Assembly: GCA_965248755.1 (NCBI GenBank)
Contig: OZ252149.1
Span: 2,400,001-2,464,000 of the forward strand
DNA length: 64,000 nt
Origin: Candidatus Latescibacterota bacterium
Lineage (GTDB): Bacteria; Latescibacterota; CBDEFO01
Direction of reading: 5' to 3'
Shown in pieces: positions 1-10,115 of this stretch. How positions within the stretch are numbered: the stretch's first letter is position 1; the number at the start of each line of letters is the position of its first letter. A program made the position numbers and the translations under genes. Below the pieces are notes generated by a model, which did not search any database, was not told the origin of the DNA, and saw nothing but the letters and a program-made list of their open reading frames with translations.

Positions 1-92
1 CCCAACTCGTAGTAGATGGTAGACAGGGCGTACATCCGCCCTGGCCCCGTCCACTTTACGCTGTCTAATGGGAGTCTCCCGCGTTAAATTCT

Positions 93-1865
93 ATGAAATA
101 CAGGGAATACCACGTCAGGCTGAAGCTTATCCTCCTTTTGGGAGGGATTTTCTGGCTGGCGTTGGCCAGCAGACTCTTTTACATACAGGTTTGGAAGAGT
201 GATTACTATACACAGCGTGCAAGACAACAGCACGAAAGGAGAATTACGATCAATGGTTTGCGAGGTCATATTCTGGACCGAGAGGGCGTCCAGCTTACGG
301 CAAATCTGAGTTCTTATTCTCTGGCCGCCGATCCGTCAAGGGTTGAAGATAAGGACAAAAGGAAAATAGCTTACAGCATCTGTCGTGTCACAGGGGATGA
401 ACCGTCGAGTTTTTTGAATCGGCTGTCGACGGAGCAGACTTTCGTTTGGCTGAAGAGAAACATTGACAAGATGTCCACAGATGAGATGGGGTTGGAGAAT
501 GTTGCTGGTCTATATAAGTTTAAGGAGATGAAGCGGGTCTATCCACGGGGGACTTTAGCAGGACATCTCATAGGACATACTGATATTGATAGTAATGGAA
601 TAGAGGCCGCAGAGCTAATGTATGAAGATTACCTTGGAGGGACACCGGGATGGATGGCCTTTCAAATAGACGGTCATGGTCAAACGCTACCTTATACGAT
701 GGAGATTACAGAGCGTCCTCAGAACGGGAAAGATGTAGTGTTGACTATCGATGCAATCTATCAGGCAATAGCAGAGGATGAACTGCAAAGGACCGTGGAG
801 AAGTACAACGCTAAGAGCGGAACGGTGGTCATTATGGCTCCCAAGACAGGAGAAATCTTAGCTATGGCTAATGTGCCCTTGTACAACCCGAACAGTCCAA
901 GTTTGGAGTTTGCAAGGAATCGGGCTATTACAGATCTTTATGAACCCGGCTCAACGTTTAAAATAGTCGCCGCCGCGGCGGCTTTGGAAAGAGGAGTAAC
1001 AGGGCCTGAGGAAATGATTTTCTGTGAGAACGGGCAAATGGACATTCCAGGAGGGTTGATGCGCGATTCTCACAAGTATGGGTGGTTAAGCTTCAGGGAG
1101 GTAATAAGCAATTCCAGCAATATAGGGATGATCAAGGTGGCCCAGCAGTTAGGAGACGAATGGCTCTACAAATATGGAGTGATGTTCGGGTTCGGGAATA
1201 GAACAGGGATCGATCTGCCTGGAGAGGCAGGAGGCGTTTTAAGGAGTCCGTCCGAATGGTCTGGAAGGTCGTTGGCGTCTGTGACAATAGGTCAGGAGGT
1301 ATCGGTGACAGTCCTTCAGATGGCTACGGCCTATTCTGCCGTCGCAAACGGGGGATTACTTATGAGGCCATTCGTTCTAAAGTCAGTGGTGGATAGGGAC
1401 AAAAAAGTTATAAAAAAGACTAAGCCTCAAGCTATAAGAAGGATTATGTCCCAAGACAAGGCTCAAACGTTGACAGATCTATTACGAGAATGTGTCTTAA
1501 GAGGAACGGGAATCAAGGCTCAGATTGAAGGAGTAGATATTGCTGGAAAGACCGGGACAGCTCAAAGGCCTTCCGAACACAGACGGGGTTATGCTAAGGA
1601 TGAGTTCATAGCTTCGTTCGTAGGGTTCTTGCCTGCTGATGATCCCGAACTTGTTTGTATCGTGGTAGTTGACAGACCTGAAGGGGCGCACTGGGGTGGA
1701 GAGGTGGGGGCTCCGGCGTTCAAAAGGATTGTGGAACAGATCCTAAATTCGAGTAATCCGCCTGTTGAAATAGTACGGAGGGTGCCTTCCATAAATCCTG
1801 TGGCTGATGGGGAAGTTGAGGAGGATAGTAGACTGTCGGTGTTGACAGTTTACGGCGATAATTAG
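93..1865 (+). CDS. ftsI: Cell division penicillin-binding protein (PBP3 transpeptidase)
   Basis: N-terminal TM; RGHILDR; EPGSTFK (SxxK), SSN and KTGTAQ motifs; first gene of the dcw run. Confidence 0.93.
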   Translation: MKYREYHVRLKLILLLGGIFWLALASRLFYIQVWKSDYYTQRARQQHERRITINGLRGHILDREGVQLTANLSSYSLAADPSRVEDKDKRKIAYSICRVTGDEPSSFLNRLSTEQTFVWLKRNIDKMSTDEMGLENVAGLYKFKEMKRVYPRGTLAGHLIGHTDIDSNGIEAAELMYEDYLGGTPGWMAFQIDGHGQTLPYTMEITERPQNGKDVVLTIDAIYQAIAEDELQRTVEKYNAKSGTVVIMAPKTGEILAMANVPLYNPNSPSLEFARNRAITDLYEPGSTFKIVAAAAALERGVTGPEEMIFCENGQMDIPGGLMRDSHKYGWLSFREVISNSSNIGMIKVAQQLGDEWLYKYGVMFGFGNRTGIDLPGEAGGVLRSPSEWSGRSLASVTIGQEVSVTVLQMATAYSAVANGGLLMRPFVLKSVVDRDKKVIKKTKPQAIRRIMSQDKAQTLTDLLRECVLRGTGIKAQIEGVDIAGKTGTAQRPSEHRRGYAKDEFIASFVGFLPADDPELVCIVVVDRPEGAHWGGEVGAPAFKRIVEQILNSSNPPVEIVRRVPSINPVADGEVEEDSRLSVLTVYGDN

Positions 1866-1870
1866 AGAAG

Positions 1871-3349
1871 ATGAGACTTAAAGATCTCGTTGGACATCTG
1901 CCTCAGGCTCGGATATTGGGCGACGTTGGCCTGGACATATCCGCAATTGAATACGATACGAGGAGAAAGATCTCTCAAGGCACTCTGTTTGTGGCTTTTA
2001 GCGGGGAGAACTTCGACGGTCACGATTTTGTTGAGGATGCGGTAGCGTCCGGGGCTGTGGCTCTAGTGATCCAGAAAGATAGAAAGATCCAAAGGGGCGT
2101 TACGAAAATTGTGGTCGAAGACTCCCGAAGGGCGTTATCTCCTATTTCAAGCAGGTTCTACAACGAACCGTGGAAGAAATTGAGGGTCATAGGCGTCACG
2201 GGCACCAACGGAAAGACCACTGTGTCAATGCTGGTGAAGTCTATAATGGAGGCTGGAGGCTTAAAAACGGGCCTTATAGGGACTGTAAATTACGTCGTTG
2301 GTAATAGGGTAACGGGGGCGTTGACCACCACGCCTGAGTCTTTGGATCTTCAAAGGATGTTGGGACAGATGGTCGAAAGCAGACAGAGGGCTGTTTCGTT
2401 GGAGGTGTCGTCGCACGGGCTGGCTTTAGGCAAAACAGAAGGTGTGGGGTTTGACACAGCGATCTTTACGAATTTCAGCAGGGATCATCTGGATTTTCAC
2501 AAGAGCTTTGAGGACTATTTCGAGGCTAAGGTCTCACTGTTTGAAAGCTTGGGGAGATATAAAGAGGGCAGGGCTGTGATAAATATGGACGATCCGATGG
2601 GAGAAACGATTTTAGATCGTATTGATGTTCCGGCTATTACTTACGGTCTCTCAAAGAAGACACAAGTGTGGGGGCAGAATGTCAGGATGGACTCTCGGGG
2701 CATCGAACTTGGAGTTTGTACTCCTATCGGACCAGTGGATCTCAGGATGAAGTTGAGGAGCAGATTCAACGTGATGAATACGCTTGCGGCTATAGGGGCT
2801 GGAATATCCGAAGAGCTCGATATGGGGCAGATAAAAGCCGGTTTGGAGTCAATAGAGGGTATTCCGGGAAGGTTTGAAGCTGTAGATTGCGGTCAGGATT
2901 TCACGGTCATCGTGGACTATGCACATACGCCTGACGCTCTGGAAAACGTTCTCAAGGCTGCAAGGAAAATCACATCGGGCAGGCTTATATCCCTGTTCGG
3001 GTGTGGGGGAGACAGGGACAAGGGCAAGCGTCCCCAGATGGCTCGTATCTCCACTACGATATGCGACGTGACTTACATTACATCTGACAACCCGAGGACG
3101 GAGGATCCGGAGGTCATAATTGGGGATGTTATTGCGGGGGTGAGGCCGAACGGCGTTTATAAGACCATAACTGATAGGAGAGAAGCCATAGAGGAGATGT
3201 TGAGAAAGGCAGAAAGTGGGGATGTAGTGGTTATCGCGGGGAAAGGGCACGAAAATTATCAGATAATAGGAACAAAAAGGATGCACTTTGACGACAGGAA
3301 GGTTATAAGGGAAATATTGAGTAAGTGGACAGTAGATAGTAGACAATAG
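1871..3349 (+). CDS. murE: UDP-N-acetylmuramoyl-L-alanyl-D-glutamate--meso-DAP ligase
   Basis: GVTGTNGKTT, DYAHTPDAL, FGCGGDRD, DNPR (DAP-type), AGKGHE. Confidence 0.96.
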   Translation: MRLKDLVGHLPQARILGDVGLDISAIEYDTRRKISQGTLFVAFSGENFDGHDFVEDAVASGAVALVIQKDRKIQRGVTKIVVEDSRRALSPISSRFYNEPWKKLRVIGVTGTNGKTTVSMLVKSIMEAGGLKTGLIGTVNYVVGNRVTGALTTTPESLDLQRMLGQMVESRQRAVSLEVSSHGLALGKTEGVGFDTAIFTNFSRDHLDFHKSFEDYFEAKVSLFESLGRYKEGRAVINMDDPMGETILDRIDVPAITYGLSKKTQVWGQNVRMDSRGIELGVCTPIGPVDLRMKLRSRFNVMNTLAAIGAGISEELDMGQIKAGLESIEGIPGRFEAVDCGQDFTVIVDYAHTPDALENVLKAARKITSGRLISLFGCGGDRDKGKRPQMARISTTICDVTYITSDNPRTEDPEVIIGDVIAGVRPNGVYKTITDRREAIEEMLRKAESGDVVVIAGKGHENYQIIGTKRMHFDDRKVIREILSKWTVDSRQ

Positions 3350-3673
3350 GCAGTTGAAAACATCCCCACGAGCTATCTACTACTTACCATAGATTTAAGG
3401 GCGGTACTGTCCCACCCTTACGAACTCAGGAAACTTGATGGGATTACCAAATCTTGCTGCTTTGAGAGCTAAAGCTTGACCTTGCGCTTGAATGAGTGAA
3501 AAGGGGAGTCCTTGAGGGAGGGATTCTAAGAAAGATGATCAGTCAGTGCCAATGGTGCAATGCAGTAGCAAGAGAGGGCAAATGGGAGTCATATCCCCAT
3601 AAGATTGATCCTGATAATCCCTATTACTAGGGCCATAAGATCGACGCGAAAAGCGTGACTCGGTCAATTTGCG

Positions 3674-5113
3674 ATGTTTGCAAGGACATTATTACCACGT
3701 TTAAGATCAACTCTAGAGATGTTAGAGATAAGCTTAGAGGACATCTGTAAGGAAGTAGATGGCGAAACGGCAGAGGGAGTGGATGTATCTTTTTTAAGAA
3801 AGATACCCAAGGGCGTCTCGATAGATTCCCGGACTTCAAAGGAAGGGGAGGTTTTCTTCGCTATCAAGGGGAATAGGTTCGACGGGCACGACTTTATCGC
3901 TGATGCTTTCAAAAAGGACGCCTGTGGAGTCGTGGCTTCTCGGTCCTGGGTGGACGCTAATCGTTCAAAGATAGGCGATAGGTTCATAATCGGGGTTGCA
4001 GATACAATCTCAGCTTTGGGGTTGTTGGGAAGGAGCTATCGAAAGCGATTTTCGATCCCCACGGTAGCCGTGACGGGGACCGCTGGCAAGACAACCACGA
4101 AGGAAATGACGGCCGATGTCCTATCGTCGAAATACAGGGTTTTAAAAACACAGGGGAATTTGAACACAAAAATCGGTTTGCCTCTTACTATCTTCAATCT
4201 TTTGGATGAGCACGAAGTTGCTATTTTGGAGTTAGGTGCAACTGAGCCCGGCGGGATAACTAATCTCTGCCGAATAGCTGATCCGAACATAGGAATGATA
4301 ACAAACGTAGGGCCAGCTCATCTGGAGTTCTTCGGATCGCTGGAGAATGTCGCAGCCACTAAAGGGGAACTTTTAGAATATCTGGACAAATCGTCAACTA
4401 CTATCTTGAACTTCGATGATGATATTTTGGACAAGGAGAGAGATACGATAAAGGGGAGACTCCTTGGTTTCAGCATCGAAAGGGAAAGCCACTTTCGATG
4501 CAGAGAACTCAGATTTGACCGGAACGGGTGCGCGCAATTTTCACTTCTGGGAACACAGATTCAGTTGGCCCTGCCTGGAAAACACAGTGTCTATAACGCC
4601 CTGGGTGCCGCCGCTGTGGGAGACTATTTCGGGCTCGATATGGGGACTATTAAGATGGCTCTGGAGAATTTTCGCCCTTCACCTATGAGGATGAAACTGA
4701 TACATAAGAAGGGCGTGAAAGTCATTGACGATGCCTACAACTCCAATCCTCTCTCGTGCAAGGCGGCACTGGATACACTCTCCCGGATGGAAGTTGGTGT
4801 GGGAGGGCAAAGGATAGCTGTTTTGGGGGACATGTTGGAGATGGGGGAAAGGGGGCCAGACCTTCACAGGGAAGTGGGCAGGTACGCCGGGCTGTCCAAA
4901 GTAGATCGTCTTTTGGCGTTCGGACCTCTTTCTCTGGAGATCTGCATCGGAACTCTGGGGGAAGGGATGAGCAAGGAGAATGTCCAGCATTTTGAGGTTA
5001 AAGAGGCCTTAAGCTTGTATCTAAAGAACATCCTTAAAAAAGGAGATGTCGTTTTGATAAAGGGATCAAGAGGAATGAAGATGGAAGAGATTGTGAAGGA
5101 ACTGGATCTTTAG
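3674..5113 (+). CDS. murF: UDP-N-acetylmuramoyl-tripeptide--D-Ala-D-Ala ligase (true start possibly ATG 3719)
   Basis: VTGTAGKTTTKEM, DDAYNSNP, LGDMLEMG, LIKGSRGMKME. Confidence 0.95.
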   Translation: MFARTLLPRLRSTLEMLEISLEDICKEVDGETAEGVDVSFLRKIPKGVSIDSRTSKEGEVFFAIKGNRFDGHDFIADAFKKDACGVVASRSWVDANRSKIGDRFIIGVADTISALGLLGRSYRKRFSIPTVAVTGTAGKTTTKEMTADVLSSKYRVLKTQGNLNTKIGLPLTIFNLLDEHEVAILELGATEPGGITNLCRIADPNIGMITNVGPAHLEFFGSLENVAATKGELLEYLDKSSTTILNFDDDILDKERDTIKGRLLGFSIERESHFRCRELRFDRNGCAQFSLLGTQIQLALPGKHSVYNALGAAAVGDYFGLDMGTIKMALENFRPSPMRMKLIHKKGVKVIDDAYNSNPLSCKAALDTLSRMEVGVGGQRIAVLGDMLEMGERGPDLHREVGRYAGLSKVDRLLAFGPLSLEICIGTLGEGMSKENVQHFEVKEALSLYLKNILKKGDVVLIKGSRGMKMEEIVKELDL

Positions 5114-5131
5114 TTTTTCGAAGGAGGAAGG

Positions 5132-6253
5132 TTGTTCTATCATCTGTTTTATCCCTTAAGAGATACTTTACCGGGATTCGGGATATTTAGGTTTATTAGC
5201 TTCAGGGCGGCCGGAGCGACGATAACTGCTCTTTTGATCAGTCTTGTTGTAGCTCCTTATGTCATAAGAAAGTTAAAGAGCTTTAAAGTGCAGCCGAAAG
5301 TAAGGGAAGATGGTCCTCCCGGGCACCTTGCTAAAGAGGGGACTCCTACGATGGGCGGGATAATTATCCTTTTGGCGATAACTATATCCACGCTCCTTTG
5401 GGCACGTTTGAATAACACCTATATCCTCATAGTTCTTTTCTCTACCCTGTGGCTCGGTGCAATCGGCTTTATTGACGATTATCTGGGGGCGGTAAAGAAG
5501 GTTCCTAAGGGCTTGATCGGAAGATATAAACTGGCAGGTCAGATGATTTTAGGCTTATCGATAGGGGTATTTCTATATGCGGTGTCCCTTTCCCCCGAAG
5601 AAGCAAGACTGGCGACTACAACTGAGCTCCCCTTCTTCAAAAATCATATCATAAACTTCGACTTTGAACTTTTTGGCCTCTCCTTCGGGTGGATATACAT
5701 TTTGTTTGTAGCTTTGGTGATCACAGGGACCTCCAACGCTGTGAATTTGACAGACGGACTGGATGGCCTTGCTGCAGGGCTTGTGGGGATAGCGTTCAGT
5801 GCCTTTGCGGTTATAGGATACATAGCAGGACGCGTTGATTTTACAGGATATTTGAATATATTATACCTTCCGGGCAGCGGAGAGTTGAGCGTATTCTGTC
5901 TGAGCGCAGTGGGAGGAGCCTTGGGTTTTTTGTGGTATAATTCTCCGCCTGCCAAGATCTGGATGGGGGATACGGGGGCTCTATCTTTGGGAGGTTCCTT
6001 GGGGACAGTGGCTATCTTGATAAAAAAGGAGCTCCTTTTACCTGTGATAGGGGGTATTTTTGTGGCGGAGGTGGTGTCAGTCATGCTTCAGGTGATTTCG
6101 TTCAAAAGGCGAGGCAAGCGCGTCTTTCTTATGGCTCCGATACATCATCACTTCGAATTAAAAGGCTGGACTGAGTCTCAGGTCATCGTCAGATTTTGGA
6201 TAATAGGCATCCTTCTTGCGCTGGTGGGTTTGAGCACCTTGAAGATACGATAA
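5132..6253 (+). CDS. mraY: Phospho-N-acetylmuramoyl-pentapeptide transferase
   Basis: KEGTPTMGG, NAVNLTDGLDGLA, MGDTG, APIHHHFEL. Confidence 0.97.
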   Translation: MFYHLFYPLRDTLPGFGIFRFISFRAAGATITALLISLVVAPYVIRKLKSFKVQPKVREDGPPGHLAKEGTPTMGGIIILLAITISTLLWARLNNTYILIVLFSTLWLGAIGFIDDYLGAVKKVPKGLIGRYKLAGQMILGLSIGVFLYAVSLSPEEARLATTTELPFFKNHIINFDFELFGLSFGWIYILFVALVITGTSNAVNLTDGLDGLAAGLVGIAFSAFAVIGYIAGRVDFTGYLNILYLPGSGELSVFCLSAVGGALGFLWYNSPPAKIWMGDTGALSLGGSLGTVAILIKKELLLPVIGGIFVAEVVSVMLQVISFKRRGKRVFLMAPIHHHFELKGWTESQVIVRFWIIGILLALVGLSTLKIR

Positions 6254-6268
6254 GAACAGTAGACAGTA

Positions 6269-6293
6269 ACCCCCGATAGATTCAATCGGGGGT
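6269..6293. repeat. ~21-25 bp palindromic mini-repeat (other copies at 12342, 37303, 54095, 56851, 56997)
   Basis: Consensus CCCCGATTGATTCTATCGGGG in either orientation. Confidence 0.8.
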
Positions 6294-6389
6294 CGGGGAT
6301 TGCTTGGGCGTTTCGCCCCTCGGAATGAATGAAGGTCGAAGCCGAGTAATGTCAATGGAACAGCACGAAGTAATCTTTCAGTTAGGCGG

Positions 6390-7544
6390 ATGGAAAAGGA
6401 AGACAGGACCGACAAACTTTTGATGTCTCTGACGTTGATTTTGGTGGGATTGGGACAGGTGTTTGTCTATAGTTCGAGCGCGGCTCTGGCAATGGAGAGG
6501 TTTGAAAGCAGCAGCTTTTTTCTGGAAAGGCAGGTAATAAGGACAGTAGTCGGGATAGCTTTTCTGTTGATAGTAAGAAGGATAGATTACAGGTTCTGGC
6601 TGAGGAATTCGAAAGTTGGGCTTTCATTTGGATTATTCGCACTTTTCGCGCTCTGTATCCATAAATTTTTTGTGGGAGGGGAGATAAATGGAGCCAGCCG
6701 GTGGGTAAGGGTGTCTTCGTGGGGCTCTTTTCAGCCTTCAGAGTTTATTAAGATCATACTTGTTATATATACAGCAGATGTTCTAGTCCGACGCCGAAGA
6801 TATATGGGGCACTTTTTCAAGGGACTCTTGCCCTATCTTATAGTTCTGACTTTTGCTTTGGGATTGATTGTAATTCAGCCGAATTTGGGGACGGCTGTGG
6901 CTATTGGTATAGTGGTCTCTATTCTACTGTTCGTAGGAGGCGCAAGGCTTTCACATCTGTTGGGTGTGGGGTTGGTGATCTTACCTGTTCTGTATCTGCT
7001 GATATATCAGGTAGATTACAGGAGAGACAGGATGCAGGCGTTTTTAAACAGTGCTCAAGATACAAAAGGAGTAAGTTATCAGATTGATCAGTCACTTCTG
7101 GGATTGGGAAGTGGTGGGATATTTGGACAGGGGTTCGGAAATAGCAAGCAGAAGTTGTTGTTTCTGCCGGAGCCGCACACTGATTTTGTGTTTTCTGTCG
7201 TGGGCGAGGAGTTAGGGCTTGTGGGGACAATGTTCGTGTTGTGTTTATTCGGAGTTTTTGTTATAAAAGGCATTCGGATCGCTAGAAACGCTCCGGACCT
7301 TGAGGGATTTCTCCTGGCTGTGGGGATGACAGCTGTAGTAGGGGTGTACGCGGCCATCAATATGGGAGTAGTCACAAATCTTCTTCCTACTACGGGACTG
7401 CCTCTGCCATTCGTCAGCTATGGGGGCTCTTCCTTAATCTCGATGATGATAGGCACAGGGATTCTGCTTAATATATACAGACAGAGCCACAGTGTAGAAG
7501 AGATGCGAATGGATCTTCGAAAGTCCGGTCCAAGATGGTGGTGA
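6390..7544 (+). CDS. ftsW: SEDS peptidoglycan polymerase FtsW
   Basis: GASRW, FQPSEFIK, LPEPHTDFVF, GLPLPFVSYGGSS; directly upstream of murG. Confidence 0.94.
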   Translation: MEKEDRTDKLLMSLTLILVGLGQVFVYSSSAALAMERFESSSFFLERQVIRTVVGIAFLLIVRRIDYRFWLRNSKVGLSFGLFALFALCIHKFFVGGEINGASRWVRVSSWGSFQPSEFIKIILVIYTADVLVRRRRYMGHFFKGLLPYLIVLTFALGLIVIQPNLGTAVAIGIVVSILLFVGGARLSHLLGVGLVILPVLYLLIYQVDYRRDRMQAFLNSAQDTKGVSYQIDQSLLGLGSGGIFGQGFGNSKQKLLFLPEPHTDFVFSVVGEELGLVGTMFVLCLFGVFVIKGIRIARNAPDLEGFLLAVGMTAVVGVYAAINMGVVTNLLPTTGLPLPFVSYGGSSLISMMIGTGILLNIYRQSHSVEEMRMDLRKSGPRWW

Positions 7545-8665
7545 GGGTCGCTATCGCAGGGGGTGGTACAGGTGGACATGTGTTTCCCGCTATAGCTATC
7601 GCTGATGAGATAAAAAGGAGAGAGCCCGAGACCGAAATTCTATTTGTGGGCACAAAAAGGGGTGTGGAGATGGGGACGGTTCCGCTGGCGGGCTATCGGA
7701 TAGTGACTATATCGGCTATGGGCTTCAGAAGACAGGCTTCTCTTGATACAATCAAGTTCCCGTTCGTAGTCTTTACAGGACTTTTGGAGGCCATAGCGAT
7801 CCTGAGGCGATTCAGGCCATCCTTAGCTGTGGGCACAGGAGGATATGTGAGCGGTCCGGTGATCTTGGCGGCTTATCTCTTGAGACTGCCCTGTGTAATT
7901 CACGAGCAGAATATCTATCCTGGCCTCACAACAAGGCTCCTTTCGAGGATAGCGCGGCAAGTGCATCTTTCGTATCTGAAGTCCGCGGAATATTTCAAGA
8001 GAACGGACAACCTGATTCTAAGTGGAAATCCGACACGGCAGGAATTGAACTCGATAGATAAGAAAGAGGCGAGGAGGATTCTGGGTCTGGATGAGGAGAA
8101 GAGGACGGTCATAGTCTTCGGGGGGAGCCAGGGAGCGCACAGCATCAATATGGCTTTGATAGAGGCTCTAGACGGGCTCTCGGAAGTGGAGGACCTCCAG
8201 ATAATATGGCAGACGGGGAAGAAAGACTACAGCCACGTGAAGAAAGAAGTGACTTCAAGAAAAGTGCCCGTAGTGGTTAGGTACTTTATACACAACATGG
8301 TAGAGGCCTTAGGGGCTGCAGATCTTGCAGTGACTCGCGCAGGTGGGATGACCATAGCAGATCTTAATCGGTGTGGACTACCGGCCATACTTATACCTCT
8401 TCCGTCCGCCGCGGCAAATCATCAGCAGAAGAACGCTGAGTCCATGGTCAGGTTCGGTGCGGCGAGCCTTATCCTGGACGAGGATCTTAGCGGAGAGAGG
8501 CTCGAAAAGGAGATTTTGTATCTCTTGAGCGATAGAAGTTCTTTGGAGGGCATGGAAAAAAAAAGCAAGATGTTGGCAGAGCCGGAGGCGGCACGTAAGA
8601 TCGTGGATTCGATATACGAGGCGGGGTTGATAAAGCAACATGATCACATTCAAACGCAGGATTAA
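7535..8665 (+). CDS. murG: Lipid II GlcNAc transferase
   Basis: GGGTGGHVFP, GGYVSGP, HEQN, GGSQGA, HQQKNA. Confidence 0.97.
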   Translation: MVVRVAIAGGGTGGHVFPAIAIADEIKRREPETEILFVGTKRGVEMGTVPLAGYRIVTISAMGFRRQASLDTIKFPFVVFTGLLEAIAILRRFRPSLAVGTGGYVSGPVILAAYLLRLPCVIHEQNIYPGLTTRLLSRIARQVHLSYLKSAEYFKRTDNLILSGNPTRQELNSIDKKEARRILGLDEEKRTVIVFGGSQGAHSINMALIEALDGLSEVEDLQIIWQTGKKDYSHVKKEVTSRKVPVVVRYFIHNMVEALGAADLAVTRAGGMTIADLNRCGLPAILIPLPSAAANHQQKNAESMVRFGAASLILDEDLSGERLEKEILYLLSDRSSLEGMEKKSKMLAEPEAARKIVDSIYEAGLIKQHDHIQTQD

Positions 8666-8697
8666 GATCTTGCATCAAAAGCGGGGCTTGTAGAGCA

Positions 8698-10092
8698 ATG
8701 CTCCGGGCAATTAAGAGCGTCCATTTTGTGGGCATAGGCGGAGCGGGAATGAGTGGGATTGCACAGGTGATCTTGGAGATGGGATGCGCTGTTTCGGGGT
8801 CGGATCTGAAAAGAACAGAAATAACGGATAGGTTGGAATCACAGGGGGCTGCAGTCTTTGAGGGACACAGGGCTTCCAACATAGGAGATGCCGATGTTGT
8901 TGTCTTTTCGTCCGCGGTTCCGCTTTGCAATCCTGAAATAGAGGAGGCGCAAAAAAGGGGAATACCGATCCTGCATAGAGCGGAGATGTTGAATTGGCTG
9001 ATGGAGGGCAAAAAAAGTATAGGGATAGCGGGGACACACGGAAAGACTACTGTGTCGGCCATGATAGCTCTTATACTGTTGGAGGGCGGATTTGATCCGA
9101 CTGTGGTAATTGGAGGACAGATCCAGAATCTCGGAACAAACGCGTGGCTTGGAAGTCGAACACCGAAGCCGTCTGGAGAATGGATGGTGGTCGAGGCAGA
9201 TGAGTTCGACAGATCATTCTTAAAGCTTTATCCGACTTTTTGCGTCTTGACTTCGATAGATTTAGAGCACCTGGACTCTTACCGGGACATAGGCCAGATC
9301 AAATCGGCTTTTTTGGAGTACACCAGTAGGATCTCTAAAGATGGTTGGGTAATCCTTTGCGCAGATGATAAGAATCTATTGGATATTGCATCCCAGATCG
9401 GAAGCAGGATCGTGACGTACGGCATATCAGAAGGTAATGACTTTCGGGCAAAGAATGTCCGAGTGCGTGGATTCGAGGCTGATTTCGGTCTGGAGGTGAG
9501 GGGTGCGGATATGGGAGATATTCATATAGGTCATCCGGGGGTTCACAATGTAAGAAACGCTCTGGGAGCTATAGCTGTAGGTTTTGAGGTGAAGATAGAC
9601 TTCGATACGATAAGAGGATCGCTTGAGGGTTTTCAAGGAGTCAGTCGGCGATTCGAACATAAAGGGCAAATAGCAGGGATAACAGTAGTGGATGACTATG
9701 CTCATCATCCCACAGAGATAAAAGCTGCATTAGGGTGCGCTAAAGACACGGGGGCAGCAAGGGTGGTAGCTGTTTTTCAACCTCACCTCTACAGCAGGAC
9801 TTTGAAGCTGTGCCAGGACTTCGGACCGGCTTTCCAGGATGCCCATATAGCGGTTATAACTGACATATACACGGCAAGAGAGGAGCCGATAGAAGGAGTA
9901 AACGGGGAACTGATAGTTGATTATGCAAGGTCTTCCGGTCATCGTTCGATTATGTACATTGACGATAAGGACGAGATACCATATAGGTTGATGGAGATTG
10001 TAAGGCCGGGGGACCTTGTCATAACCCTGGGTGCAGGAGACATCGGTTCAGTAGCGGAGGGACTGTTGGATTTACTGAGCAATAAGGTATAG
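8698..10092 (+). CDS. murC: UDP-N-acetylmuramate--L-alanine ligase
   Basis: HFVGIGGAGMSG, AGTHGKTT, EADEFD, DDYAHHPTEI, FQPHLYSRT. Confidence 0.97.
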   Translation: MLRAIKSVHFVGIGGAGMSGIAQVILEMGCAVSGSDLKRTEITDRLESQGAAVFEGHRASNIGDADVVVFSSAVPLCNPEIEEAQKRGIPILHRAEMLNWLMEGKKSIGIAGTHGKTTVSAMIALILLEGGFDPTVVIGGQIQNLGTNAWLGSRTPKPSGEWMVVEADEFDRSFLKLYPTFCVLTSIDLEHLDSYRDIGQIKSAFLEYTSRISKDGWVILCADDKNLLDIASQIGSRIVTYGISEGNDFRAKNVRVRGFEADFGLEVRGADMGDIHIGHPGVHNVRNALGAIAVGFEVKIDFDTIRGSLEGFQGVSRRFEHKGQIAGITVVDDYAHHPTEIKAALGCAKDTGAARVVAVFQPHLYSRTLKLCQDFGPAFQDAHIAVITDIYTAREEPIEGVNGELIVDYARSSGHRSIMYIDDKDEIPYRLMEIVRPGDLVITLGAGDIGSVAEGLLDLLSNKV

Positions 10093-10115
10093 AAGTCCCG
10101 GAGACTTTTAGGTTT

